Part shown: positions 13,741 through 27,170 of the stretch, piece by piece | Position numbering within the stretch: position 1 is the stretch's first letter | How the letters are laid out: every line of letters starts with the position of its first letter | Assembly (NCBI RefSeq): GCF_009914755.1 | Contig: NC_060929.1 | Reading direction: 5' to 3' (one strand) | DNA length: 64,000 bases | Source of the DNA: the human T2T-CHM13v2.0 reference genome, Homo sapiens | The notes under the pieces: generated by a model | What the model was told of the DNA's origin: nothing | The model's database searches: none | Seen by the model: the letters and a program-made list of their open reading frames with translations, nothing else | Translations under genes and position numbers: made by a program

Positions 13741-14421
13741 TAAGACTTCTTGACCGTTTCTTTGCCATGGACACATTTGGCAGTCTGATGAAGCTATGAA
13801 CCCCTTCTCATAATGATGTGTTTAAATCAACAAAATAAAAACATAGGACAACAGAGTAAACTAATTTTTAAAAATACAGTTATCAAAATATTTTTTGTGA
13901 TTCAGCAATGTGTTTTCTTTAGCAACATGTTAAATAACATGTTTACACATTAACATGTTACATAAACCTAGCAACAGGTTTAATAACATAATTTCTTTTT
14001 TATTATTATTATACTTTAAGTTCTAGGGTACATGTGCACAACCTGCAGGTTTGTTACATATGTATACATGTGCCATGTTGGTGTGCTGCACCCATTAACT
14101 CGTCATTTACATTAGGTATATCTCCTAATGCTATCCCTCCCTAATAACATGATTTCTAAGAAGCATGGAATGTAAATAATTTTTCAAGATATTTGCAACA
14201 ATAATAATGTATATGAAAAGAATTGATTTCTATCGTTGACAAGATTACAGGTACTGCTAATACTACCGTGGGTTTTTTTTTTTCTTTGCTTACATTTATA
14301 ACTGAAAGATCTGATAAATTTTGGTTAGAGACTAGTGAATATAGACATGTCATTTTTCCCCTCCAAGTTCATTGACCCCCCTCCCTGAATTCTCTCCATG
14401 AGCCTTGGATTAAGAACCCTG
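13741..14421 (+). mobile_element. MER119-like hAT-Charlie element, split by a short L1PA
   Basis: tttgccatggacacatttggcagtctgatgaagctatgaaccccttctc... ending in the TIR ttaagaaccctg. Confidence 0.75.
13997..14141 (-). mobile_element. L1PA (PA4/5-like) extreme 3' fragment, 145 bp
   Basis: tatactttaagttctagggtacatgtgcaca...ctatccctccc. TSD taataacataatttct (13981-13996) / taataacatgatttct (14142-14157). Confidence 0.93.
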
Positions 14422-15846
14422 GGTGTACTACAAAACCACCAGTCCCAATTCAGAATGCTGGGAATGTATCTTTCTGCTGAAACATCAATCTGCTGGAGGG
14501 GAGGTGTCCCCAGCAGCTAGGCAGAAGTTTCTCATTGTAGGAAGAAGCAGAGAAAGCTTGGTTGGGCTTCCAGGAGGCTGGAGTCTGAAGCAAGAATGGG
14601 GTTTCGAGGGCAAGAGCTAGGAATAGCCGAGTGCAAAAGGGAAAAATGAACTGAGAATGAAGAATGAACCTAGGCTGGCAAAAAAGTCTGGTGATGATGA
14701 TGGTAAAGGGATTTTTTCCTATTGCTCACATTTCTTTCTCCTTTTTTTCCTGTTTTTCTTTTGATCCCTCTGTTTCTCCTTGCAGTAGCAAGAACAGGAG
14801 GTAGGGCAAAAGATTCTTACAGAGGTTTCCCTCTTGTAGCCCTGAAAAAGTATAGCAAGTCCTTCTCTTGGAATAATTCAAAAGAAATGACATAAAGCAT
14901 AGACAATGATTTGGTCAGAGTTGTGTATCACAGATGTATTTAAAGTTATGAAATATTTATATATAATTAAAACGTAATCAATGAGGAAATGACAGTGAAT
15001 TGAGGTAGCACACAACACAACGAAGATCAGATTGTCAAATAAGACTCACACACATCAGAGATCTTACTCAGTACCAAGCTTTACTAGTAATTTCAAGGAT
15101 GCGTACAATAAGGAGACATAGGTTACAGCAGGGAGAGGTCTAGAAGCCCTGGTGGCACTCCCTGGGTCTCTTCTTCCTGCATCTGAGGTACTCTGGCCCA
15201 AGACAATTGATGAGGCCTCTAAGAATGGTATCAGCCACCTTACTTACCCAGAAGGGGCTGCTTAGTTCAGGAACATCTGAAACATCTCTATTTTATACTC
15301 AGATATTTACATAATTTACATCACATTTTCCTGAGAGCCATGCCCCATAAATTTGTAGATTCTAGGCTTGTCTACCTAAGAAATCCTATACACCAAAGCA
15401 CATTCTGTTAAAAGCATTCCATGGATAAGGACTTTCCTGCTAGCAAAAAACATGTAGTTGGCCAGGAGGTCTGTCATCAGTGTCTTTACAAGATTAAACC
15501 AGTTTACTTGCCTTCTTTCTTACCTCGGAACATACTGCCACCCCAGCAAAGGAAACAAATGGATCACAGACCTGCTGCTTCCAAAGTATATAAAACTATA
15601 TCTGGGTATAGAGGCATAAAAGTTTATATGACATAGGATAATACTCTTGAAATAGTAATCAATGACAAGAGCATAATAAGCTATAGTATTTGCATTATCT
15701 TAACTATGAAAAAATATTACAGAAAAACTGAAAGATTATATGCTAGAAAAATTGTAATGATTATTTCTGGGTCTACAGATTGTGGATGATTATTTTGTTT
15801 TTTATATTTTCTGCAAGAACTATGTGTTACTTTCACTGACTTTTTT

Positions 15847-15879
15847 TGTTATTTGTTTGTTTGTTTGTTTGTTTGTTTG
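15847..15879. repeat. (GTTT)n microsatellite
   Basis: Direct reading. Confidence 0.85.
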
Positions 15880-15904
15880 AATTAAAGCCTACAGGAGAAT
15901 CTAT

Positions 15905-16745
15905 GTAGCATGCTGGACAGAAAACTCAAATCAGTTTGAAAGCAAACCGATTTGAGTTCAAACTCTGGCTTAGCTGCTCACTGCTATGAGATCTTGGGCA
16001 AACAGCCTGTTTCCTCAGCTATAAAGTGGGAAACATAAGACTCACCTCTCAGGGTTGTTGTGCATCCCAAGTAGATACAACCACCACAGATGTTATGCAC
16101 CTCCTTAGATACCCTCTGCCTGGTAGCCTCCCAAGCCACACTGCTTCAATGGGGACCCAGCAGTTACTTGCCCTTGGAAAGCCTCCCCCTGGGCTACAGC
16201 TGCACAACTGGGCCAAGTAGCCACATGCCAGGAATTGCTCAATTGTGCTGCCATTTTCAGATTTGAATGAAACACACCACTACAGGGCCTGGGATCTCAT
16301 GTTCCAGCAGCTGCAAAAGTGCAAGAGAATTAACCTTCAGTCAGACAAACTTTGACCCATACGAAAAAGGAGATGGGAAGGATACAGCAATGTCCCGACC
16401 TTCCACACTCTAATCAACTACTCTGAGACATGAGTCTGTAGACTCTTCCTGGAAAAGCCCACACAATCTTGCATCACCCCTGTGGTGTGTCCTGCCCCAG
16501 TTCTCTATGGCGATTACAAAGCACTCATCAGTACAGAACTCTGCATTGCTTCTCATCTTCTCTCCCTCACTTTACGTTTGTTTTTTATTTTTTTATACTT
16601 TTGCTGCCTTGGGTTTGTACTTTCCAAATAAATCATCAGGGCTTTATTTATTGCCTCAGGTTCTGCTTAGCTTTCTGGGAAACCTGATCTAAGACAGAAG
16701 ATAATTTATATAAAGTGCTCAGCATATAAGTGCTCAGAATAGTAA
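15905..16745 (+). mobile_element. MIR split by an LTR (pieces ~15905-16058 and ~16697-16745)
   Basis: MIR core gagttcaaactctggcttagctgctcactgctatgagatcttgggcaa...ctctcagggttgttg resumes as gataatttatataaagtgctcagca. Confidence 0.7.
16059..16696 (+). mobile_element. Old ERVL solo LTR (LTR16/LTR41-like)
   Basis: 3' end caaataaat...ctcaggttctgctt...ctgggaaacctgatctaagaca. Confidence 0.65.
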
Positions 16746-17067
16746 ACATATGTATAAACATAGGAGAAGGGTGTGTGTGCACACACAGGTTCTAGATAAT
16801 ACATGAGCTAGTCCTGTTGTATTTTTGGGGAAGCTTTATAAATGCCCCTGTACAATAAGATTTAAACAAAGTAACTCCTGCTTTTCGTTAACACATTTTT
16901 AAGTGTTACTATAGCTTTATTTGGAATATATATTATAAATGGCATTTTTATGATTATAATAATAATTTTACTTATGTAAAGATCCTCTAACATTTTCGCA
17001 TGTGCTAATGAAGAGTGGGAATTAGAGTGGAAGTGGACTAACTCATTCATAGGTTATAGACTAAACC

Positions 17068-17827
17068 TTGTGTGTGGTCCAGGGATGACCACAAGTCCTG
17101 AGGCACTCATGAGAACTGTCATGGAGTGGATGTATGGCATGCTGACACACAACACACAGGAAGGCTGGAAAAGCAGAGCAACAAGGGCAGGCTGGGCAAG
17201 GCCACCTGGGGCCTGAGGAAATCGATCCAGATCTATGCCTGGTGCTCTGAAAACATCTGTGGAGGCTGGTAGAGGGAGCAGAATCTACCTCTCTCCCCTA
17301 GGACATCAAAACCCCAGCCAAGTTGAACGGGATTCCAGTCTCAGTTTATATAGTACAGTACCAGAGAGGGGAACTGAGACAGTAACCCACTCTTTAACAG
17401 GAAGCCACCATTCCTGAGCTCAAGGTGCTCTGTAATGTCCCTCCAGCCACCACCTACCAGGTCTCAAGCAGCACATCTAACCACAGAGCTCAGTGGTCTG
17501 AGGCTGGTAAGATACATTCCCTACTTGTCTGGATTAACTCAGAGTAGGGGTTAGTTTGCAGACAGAAGGTATATAATGATTCAGGTAAGACATCCAAGAG
17601 CCACAGAGGGCAACAAACAGACCCATGGCAGGTGACAGAAGCCAGCACAACTGCTGAAGGGGATGAGGAAAGCCAGAGGCCTCAGTATATCCATGATCAA
17701 CTAACCTAGGATGCCTACATCCCTCAGGTCATGCATAAGATAGAGCAACCCTAAGCAAGGACCCTGAGCTGAGCCTCCAAGGGCATTGGGTCCTAACCCA
17801 TGCTAGTGCCAACTTTCCACAGGGACA
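17068..17827 (-). mobile_element. Probable old ERVL LTR (MER54/MER73/MER74 group)
   Basis: tgtggtccagggatgaccacaagtcctgaggcactcatgagaactg... resembles the antisense 3' end of this group, and the span has TG...CA ends. Family uncertain. Confidence 0.4.
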
Positions 17828-18617
17828 TGTTAAACCCAAATCTTACTGAATTCTTGTCCAAAATAAACCTCTTAGGAAACTGTGGCTTAGAATCCCATTT
17901 TTTAAACAAAGTGTCTATGGATTCTTCATTTTTTTCATGCAGAAGCAGTATATTATAGAACAAAACTTTAGCCTCTCTCCCACTCCCAACAAATACTTCA
18001 AAACTCAGTATCATTTGCATCTTTTCACATCAGGATATCATCCATCTCATAGCTTAACATGATGAGATGATGCTGGAGGACATTATTATTTCATGTTTCT
18101 ATTCTGAGAAAGATGTCTCTCTTCAACTTAACTACTAGCTGACAAAAATAATGTTGAACATCTGCAAGAGATAAAACAACTTGAATCCAATTTCCTTTCA
18201 CATAGATTAACAGCCCCATTCTCCTGTCACTTATGTAGCATATAACTCAATTCTTTGCAATATTTAAATGAGAGGCTAGTTTTTCAGGTCTGTCATGTAG
18301 ATGACATAAATTTTTTATTTTGTCCCTTCCACTGATATAGTGGATATATGAGACCCTGTCAGAATGTGGCAGCTTAGAAAAGAGGAGTCACACATTAGAA
18401 GACAGAAAGACCAATAAAAGGCAGAAGCTGTAAGAAAATCTCCTCTTTTAAGAATACACATAAGTAAATCACACCAAGGAGATAAGCCCTGTTGGGAAAT
18501 GTGACTTTCAAATAGAACTTAAGTCACCTTCATGGATCAAGGAGTTAATGATCTATAATTTGTACGTAGTTCAACAGTCATGATGCTGAAACACAGATGT
18601 ACAGATGTAACAATTAG

Positions 18618-18918
<301 letters not shown>

Positions 18919-18939
18919 AGGACTTTTTTTAAAAGTGGT

Positions 18940-19740
18940 TTTATTGATTCAAGTAACTGAAAAGTTCAAGGGTCATCCTAGCCTTAGGTAATGGCTGATC
19001 AACGGCTCATTCGAAGTTACCAAGATCTAGTTCTTTATCTTTTGGCTCCATTTAACTTTGTGTTGTTTCATTCTCAGACAGGTTTTCTCAAATGGGAGAG
19101 AGTTGGCTACAACAGCTCCAGGCTCATATAACAAGTAAGGCGAGTCAGCTTGTTGGGCCATTTTTCTGGGTCAGGTTAGGAAAACATTAAACAGTCTAGG
19201 TGCTTAACGCAGAGGGAATTTAATTCAGAAAATTGGTTATACAGGTGATAGAGAAACTGAAAATGAAAAAGGAAGGAATAGAGAAATTAGACATAGTATA
19301 GGAAGCCACTATCACTCTTGGAGCTGGAAACAAAAGGAGAAGGTGGTATGATTGGAACCCAGAAGAATCTAGAACCATGACAAGTCTGTTACACAGAAGC
19401 TAATCATAAAGGGGAAATAGCCACTGATGGAGACACTGCTGCAGATAGAAGAGAACGGGGAAACTACCAGTCTCTTCTGACTGCCTCCCATTGGACAAGC
19501 CTAGCTGGAAGCCAGCTGGCAAGGCAGCCCAGGATATATACTTGCCTATAACGTAGAGCAGGCAATAGATCTGAGAGCGAGAAGGCAAGTGACCAAACAA
19601 AGATTTAAATATAAATGATTGTATTTCTCTGTCATAATTACCTTCAACCATAATCTGTTGAATTTCCTTTCCCCGATAAACAAAGGATTCCTTAACAACA
19701 TCTTGGGCAGATTCCCTTAACTTACTGATCAGTTTCAGTT
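18940..19740 (-). mobile_element. Old MaLR LTR fragments (MLT1K/L-like, with an MLT1N/O-like piece at ~19165-19590)
   Basis: ttattgattcaagtaactgaaaagttc; gagggaatttaattcagaaaattggttatacaggtgat; cctcccattggacaagcctagctggaagccagctggcaagg. Confidence 0.6.
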
Positions 19741-20079
19741 TTTAAACCTCTGTCCAGTGCCTGGGCAGAGTTAGCAGAATTAGCACACTGCTGGGGCTGA
19801 GTTTGGCTCGGCCAGTTGGGAGCCACTGAGACCATGGGGAATTTAGGCAGGTGAGATCCCACTTCTTGTTGGATGCACCACTGGAGCTGAAGGGAACTTC
19901 AGTCCTGTGTGCAACCAGGGGGGCGGAGAACTGTCCACCTGGGAGGCTGGTGTGAGTCACATGCTGGAACAGTGGGGAACTGTAGATCTGTGAAAACCCA
20001 GGCCCAGGAGAGGGGTAGCTCTTGGCCTAAGTACCCCTGGGGCCACAGCAGGGGAACTTTTTATATGTATATGGTGAGA

Positions 20080-20325
20080 ATGATAATTCTCAACTGGTGT
20101 AGACAAGCGTGAGTTGGCAGCACAGGGGTGAGGAGATGGCACATGTAATCAGGAGATTGATCCATACAAGGGACTAAGCAAATGAACATACTAAGGATAG
20201 TGGGAGACAGGATTCTCACTATCTTCAAATATGGAAAAGGGAAAAGCCAGAACAAACCATGTGATGAGGGATTGAAATTAGAAGTAGCTATATAGAGAGA
20301 TAGAAAACTGTAGAAATAACTACAG

Positions 20326-20363
<38 letters not shown>

Positions 20364-21675
20364 ATACATACATGCATTTATTTCTAGCTCCCTGTCTGTT
20401 GAGAAGGCCTAGAAGCAACACTTCATAACAATGAGTGCAACTAGCCCTCTGGTCTTGGTTTTTAAATACTATTATCCACTAAAAGGAACCAATGGTCTTG
20501 GAAAAAATGGCTAATTCCAGGACTGGGACAAGCAAAGTACAAGATAAGCCTCAGACACCTTGTGCCAGAATATAATGAAGTTTTCAAAGCATGATAGGGA
20601 CATATTAAAAGGATATAGTAGTCAAACTAAAGGTGCTATCACTGGCCAAATCTGGAACAAATTGGGCATTAAAATAAATAATGATAGTATTGGACTATAC
20701 CACATTGAATAAAATAACAATCTATGGATCCATACAAGTATAAATACATATATACATTAGCAAATGGGGTAAAGAAAAAAGTCTGCCTTTTAGTAGATTG
20801 TCAACTAGTAAATGTAGAAGAAATGATGGAATTAGAAAATTGTTATTTGGTAACTAGTATAGTAATAATTGGTTTAGGCAAAATTCATCAATGAATGCTT
20901 AAAGAAGTGTGTGAAAATCTGAAGAGGAACAGGCTATTTACTTAGTCTCAGAGCACCCCACAAAACACTGGTTAATTTTACAACAGAAAATCTAGCAGAT
21001 AGTATCTTTAACCAAGTGAAAGAAAGTTAACATCACCAGCAATAGAACAAATCATCATCATGTGTATCCTGTCACTTCTGTGGTATTTCTGGAAAAAATT
21101 CATTATGCTAATCTAATCCTGAGGAAACATCAGACAAACCCAAATTTAGGGACATTCTACAAAGTAACGGGCTTGGATAATTCAAAAATATCAAGGCCTT
21201 GAAGGGCAAGGGAAGACTGAAGAACTGTCTCAAGTTGAAATAAATTAAAAGAAATGATGACTAGATGCAACACAAGATTCTAGTTTGGATTCTCAACCTG
21301 TAAAGAATATTGTTGTAAAAATGGGTAGAATTTTAATGGGATCTCTGAATTATATGGTGGTATAAAATCAGTGTTGTTCTCCTGATTTTGATGGGTATAC
21401 TGTGGCTTCATCAGAGGATGTCTTTTGTTTAATAAATACATACTGAAGTGTTTAGGGGTAATGGATCATTTCTCTGCTACCCAATCTCAAGTGGTTAAGG
21501 GGAAAAAAAAAGTACATGCATGTGTGTATGTGTGTAAAGAAAAAGAGAGAAAGAGAATGAATGATAAGACAAATGTGTAGAATGTTAACAACGGAGGAAT
21601 CTGGATGAAAGATACACAGAAGTTCTCTATACCACTTTTGCAACTATTCATCCTTCTCTATGTTATACTTTTTAA
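20080..21675 (+). mobile_element. L1MC (MC3/MC4-like) 3'UTR
   Basis: atccactaaaaggaacca; ctaatcctgaggaaacatcagacaaacccaaatttagggacattctaca; terminal gaatctggatgaaagatacacagaagttct...ttttgcaact. Confidence 0.8.
20327..20362. repeat. (TG)18 microsatellite
   Basis: Direct count. Confidence 0.95.
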
Positions 21676-21825
21676 AGGATTCTATAGTAAAATTGCCAGA
21701 CTCCTAATCCTGGCATTACAGATATTCTGTTGTTATACCCACAGCTTACTCTTTCGCCGGGTGCCTACATGTCTTCAAGGGGCTGAGCTTCAGTGACTTC
21801 ATGTGGCAGCCACACTGGTATGCAG

Positions 21826-22006
21826 GAGCAGGCCCCTGCTTTGTGGGACCTAAATCTTACACAGTTTGGGGAATACCTTAAGAAAAAGAATATAAAATTG
21901 CAAATTCAAAATTGGCTATGAAAGTGAATATTTATTTAGAAGGGGCTCAAACAACTGAAGGACACTGAAACTCAAACTGCATTTGTAGCACAATAAATCT
22001 GTGTCT
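21826..22006 (-). mobile_element. MER115/Zaphod-like hAT-Tip100 element, internally deleted
   Basis: tttgtgggacctaaatcttacacagtttgggg...taagaaaaagaatataaaatt...aaagtgaatatttatttagaa. Confidence 0.6.
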
Positions 22007-23234
22007 GCTGAAATGGTGAGATGGGCCAACTCCACTGTCTTAGGAGCTGTCCACCTGGAAGGAGCACGGGCTGAGCAAATGTGACTAGCTCTACGCTGGG
22101 CCTTTAAATGGAAATGCTCCTTCTCTTTCTCTATTGCTTGGAACTTTCTCACCAAGAGAGTAAAAACTACAGAGGTTTGGGTTTGGGCCTGGGGAAGAAA
22201 ACGCCAAGAAGACTACTCAGCCTAACTCTAGTGTTGTTAAGTCACGAAAGCCTGCCTCCAGCCTTAGCAAATAGACTAGAAAAAGTACAGTCTTATTACA
22301 GGCTGAATAGAAATAAAATGCAATGAGAAGCAAGTAAAAGGCTACCATATGGCCCAGTCTGGCTCTCCAGGGGACCATATCAGTTTTTGGTTGAACATCT
22401 TATGGTAATAAAGATTATGCATTGGCCTGGCCTTTTCGTCTATGTCTTTGAAAGCTCATGGGGTAGGGGTGGGGGCCAAGGGGAAGTTGTGTGTTGCCCG
22501 AAAAGCTCTCCATCTCTTTCCATTAGCCACATAGCATCCCATAAATATCTACTTCCCATACTAGCCTGTGTGCCAAGACTGGGAAAATGGATGTCAATAC
22601 CCCTTCCTCTCCAACCCTCCCTCTTATGTGGCAGCAACAAACCAACAGAGGTCTTCATTCTTACTAAGAGGGTATGTTGTTTGTACTTAGCTGGGCATGA
22701 AGGAAATAAACAGAACTGAAAAACAGAAAAAATGTAATTCGATAGTTGGACTGGAAATACTGCTCCCTCCACTAGGCATTTCACCAAGATGAAACTTGCT
22801 TCACTTTTATAACACAACCCATCAAGGAACTGAGAGAGCTCATAATATTATCCATCATGCTATGGTAGTGTCCTTGGATGCTACAAAGGAACACACATGG
22901 GTAGATTGCCAATTTGTTATTTTTAGTTCTTGAAAAATTTGACTATGGGGGGAAATTTCAAGAAAATCACCCAGTCCCCAGCCTGTATATACAGCACTTA
23001 AAGCACATCTATCAGTAAGAACCGCCAATTACAGCTGCAGGCATTTGCGGGTGACCAAAGGATATTTGCCGGCCTTCTCTCATCCATTCTCTCACGTGGG
23101 CTTGTAGAAGAGATTTTATAGGAGTGTGGAGCCTGGCGGCTATGAGGAACACACTTTCTACCTCAAACCTCTGCATTTGTTCCCCTCTGGTGAAAGCATT
23201 CATCTCCCTGGTTTTCACAGGGCTGGCTCCTTCT

Positions 23235-23476
23235 CATGCTGCAGAACTCACCTCAGATTGCACCTCCATGAAAGAGTCTTTTCCATCGCCATATGGGAAG
23301 TTGTGCCCATCCCCGACAATCACCCTGTCACCTCACCCTGTCAGTCCAGCTTTATAACTTACCACCATGCATGGCGGTTTACTGTCTGTTGTGTTTATTT
23401 GTCCCATTCATCACTGTATTTCAGCCCAGCACAGGGCCAGGCACATAGTGGGTGCTTGATACCTTGTTAATTCAAC
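23235..23476 (+). mobile_element. L2 3' end
   Basis: cactgtatttcagcccagcacagggccaggcacatagtgggtgcttgat...ttgttaa. Confidence 0.7.
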
Positions 23477-23575
23477 AGCCATGAAAAAAGAGAAAAGCAG
23501 AGGAAAACAGAGATCCCCCAGATGGGTGGATGAAGAGTCAGGTACGTCATTTCTTTCAATAAGTTTTTTTCATAC

Positions 23576-23626
23576 TGTTGGAAACTTTTCAAAATGTTGG
23601 AAACTTTTCAAACTGTTGGAATTTTT
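23576..23626. repeat. 19-bp tandem repeat, ~2.7 copies (tgttggaaacttttcaaaa)
   Basis: Copies start at 23576, 23595 and 23614. Confidence 0.9.
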
Positions 23627-23961
23627 AAAGGGACTTATGATTCAAGAATGAATTCCAAAATAATTCTCAAAATGAGAGGGCACAGTTTCAACTTACTCAT
23701 TCTCTCTCCAATTTGTTCAACTAATGTGAAATCTCCATGCACACACACACACACAAAAGAGTTGAGAGAGGATCAAAAACACTTTGCCCTGGTGCCTAAG
23801 AGGCTCAGTCAATTGTCAATAAGAACTCATGATGGACAATCTGTGGTGGAAAAGTTGAACTCATAATACAGAACTTCTGCCCAACTCCAGATACTCAAAT
23901 CAACACCTGCTATGTGGCAGACATGCTGCTAAACACTCTAACCCTAACTCAATTTTAATTC

Positions 23962-24663
23962 TGATAACCATAATGAGTGACTGAAGCAAAGTCTCAATCA
24001 ATCAAGGTTTATTAAGCTAGCTTTAGGCCGAGTCCAGGAAAGACACTAGCCACAGACACATCTGTGGCTGTTTTTCTGAAAAGGTTTTCAGGAGGTTTAG
24101 TATTTATACATTTCCTTAAAGAGGGGAAGATATGTAGGAAGAGGGATAGGTAGCCAGTAAGGCAAACAGTTACATTCTTGTGAGACTAGTTATTGCCCAG
24201 AATTTACATAAAATAAGGTGAATGTTTGAAGAGAAAAAAGGGAGTAAAGGAAGAATCAATTATGCCAACATCTCTGGGTAGGGGAAGGAATGACTGATCT
24301 CATCTTGTTTTTGTTCTGCACCTGGGGAAATAAGCTTGTAATGCACACTATCAGTGTGGAAACAAATGGACTTTAGTTTTAGGAGCTAGACTTAGATTTA
24401 AACCTAAAGTTACAATTGGCATATCCTTGTTTAGGGGCGGGGCGGTGGGGCCAACAACAAATATACTTATGAATGATTTGTGGGGGCAGTCCTTTGTAGA
24501 TGACTGAGGCCTTTTACCTTTCTGTGGGGATCTGGCTAATGAATAATGCTAGTAACAGCTATTCATTTGGAAGAGGATATTGCATAACTCAGCCTCCAGG
24601 ATCAACCTCCCCTTTTGCATAAGGAGTCTAGGGGTCCTGGGATTTTTTTTACTGTCCTTTACA
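23962..24663 (-). mobile_element. MER72-like ERV1 solo LTR
   Basis: The minus strand begins tgtaaagga...caggacccc...ctccttatgcaaaagggg. Perfect TSD ATTC (23958-23961 / 24664-24667). Confidence 0.82.
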
Positions 24664-25297
24664 ATTCCATTCTAGATTTTGCACATGGATTGTTAGAACT
24701 GACACCTACAATTCTGAGACTAGAGTTTAAAGTGATAGAATCCTGGGACTAGAGGCTACAATATACAATACAAAGGCCCTTTATTAAACAAGTATCTGCT
24801 CAACTCTGGAAGACTTGAGCAGGGAGTTATGAGACAGGTTACTTCAGGTTCTGGACACACTAACCTAAATGGAAACGGGCTACCCCGAGCAGTGGTCACT
24901 CCAGTTGGGTCTCAATGGGATGATCAGCTGATCTGAGGTTACAGTAGAGGGAGAGGGCTCCCTCAGGATATGAGGCCTCTAAACTCAGATTAGGACTTCC
25001 CAAGCCAGGGGAAGGCAATTACAAATCCAGATCCAAAAATTCATAACCAACAGGGGTGCAGGAGGACAAAGAACTACATCAAGATCCAACCTCTCCATGA
25101 TCTCTGTTTAAGGACCTATGTCCTCTTGTTCCCCTTCCTAAAATCTCATTTTGTATGTTATGTGGGTTCACAATACTCAGACAAGCTTTTGGATAACTGC
25201 TTGTTTTGGAGGCTTCACTACCCTAATTTTTTTTTGTTTTATACAGCACACTTACACTTTTATCCAAAAGGCCTAAAAACCATTGTTGCTTTAGAAC

Positions 25298-26211
25298 TGT
25301 TGACAAAAAAAAAATCAAACTCCATAAAATATTTAAAAAGGTTTATTCTAAGACAATATAAGTGACCATGGCCCAGGGAACAGTCTGAAGAGGCCCTGAG
25401 AAAGTGTGCCTGAGGTGGTCAGGTTACATTTTGGTTTTATACATTTTAGGGAGAGTGAAGTTACAGGCAAAGACATAAACCAGTACATGTAAGGAATACA
25501 TTGCTTCAACCCAGGAAGGCAGGACATCTCAAAGTGGACGCTTATAAGTCATAGGTGGATTGAAAGATTTTTTGATTGGCAACTGGTTGAGAGAGTTGAG
25601 CTTTGTCCAAAGACTTGAAGTCAGTAGAAAAAAAAAAATGCTTGAGTTAAGGTGTGCTGTGGAAGCCAAGGTTCTTATTATGTCGATGAAGCCTCCAGGT
25701 AGCAACCCTGAGAGAGAATAAATGGTAAATGTTTCTCTTAAACCTTAAAAGGTGTCAGACTCTTGGTTTATCTCTCCTAGATCCCAAAAAGTCCTGGCTG
25801 TATCAATGGGGATTCTCTGCAGATGTAAATTTCCCCCATAAAAGACAACTGTGGGGTCATTTCAGAATATGTCAAAGAAATACATTTGGGGGTAAAATAT
25901 TTTGATTTCCTTCAAGGTCTGCTATCTGTCATATGATGATATACCAGAGTCATGTTGGAATTTGATATCTTATTGCCACAATGTGTGTTTTGTCAGTCTT
26001 AAGATCTCTATTTTAATGTTAATGTTGGTCAGTTGTGCCTAAACTCCAAAAGGGAGGGGGGATAAGGAGGGGTGTCTGACCTCCCTTCCTGTCATGATGG
26101 GTGATTCAGTTTTCCTGGTTTCTCTTGGGTCCCCTTGGCCCAGAGGGGGTCCGTTTAGTCAGTTGTTGGGGGAGGGGAAGGCAGAGCTTAGGATTTTATT
26201 TTTGGTTTACA
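25298..26211 (-). mobile_element. MER4 (MER4D-like) ERV1 solo LTR
   Basis: The minus strand begins tgtaaaccaaaaataaaatcctaagc and ends tttttgtcaaca. TSD gaac/taac. Confidence 0.85.
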
Positions 26212-26362
26212 TAACCTAGAGCCGCAACAGAAAATTCATATAATAAATGAGATAACCTGACTGTCACTAAAACTTTACTACATCTCCAGATATATTATCC
26301 TGGTCCCAAAGATGGGGATATGACACTAAAAACTGCCAATGCAGAGAGCAGTGTACTACTTA

Positions 26363-26364
<2 letters not shown>

Positions 26365-26398
<34 letters not shown>
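26365..26398. repeat. (GT)17 microsatellite
   Basis: Direct count. Confidence 0.95.
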
Positions 26399-26401
<3 letters not shown>

Positions 26402-27170
26402 CAGAGGAAGGCAGCACAATAATGATAACAATCACTGAGATCCATTTTAAAAGGCACAGCCACAGTCTCAGGTGAGGTGCATTAAGATGCAGATTACTCT
26501 CTACAGGGGGTACAGTGCTACTAGCTATAGCTGAAACCAAGTTCTTATTATCTCATTACACCTTTGTTTCTTACTGCCTTGGTTGCAGGAACTCTAGCTA
26601 AACACATTGGGGCATCTGTTATTACCCCATGGAAAGTTAGAATGCTGTGGGAACCTAGGGTGTGCTTGAGAAGGTCATACTTTTTTAAAAGCTGCTGCTG
26701 CTGCCAATGTCCAAAACTTTACCTTATGACACCCAGATTTGTACAACACATTATTCAGAACAGTCCTTTAGCAAGAGAGCAGCAGTCTCCATTCTGCAAA
26801 CTCTGTTGCTAGAATTTTCCATATCAATAAAGTTCCTAGTAGAAATCTCTGCCTTGGAACTCAGGACCCACCATCAATGAGAAAGCTTGCAATTATGAGG
26901 TATTCAGGCAAATACTAGATTTTAATTGCATTTAGTCAATAACATAAAATAAATCAATTAAATATTATTTGATCAATAATAGGTAATTTCCATTTTAGAT
27001 TTAAATTTGATCAGTAATAGGTATTTAATCAATAATGGGGCAAAAATCTGTGGCCTAAACAAACTTTGTATACTGATTATTTACACAGCTTAAATTCACT
27101 GGTGAATTAGCAACTATCCATTTACTCCATCTTATGAATAACTGGGCTCAAATAAGATCTAGAAGTTTGA

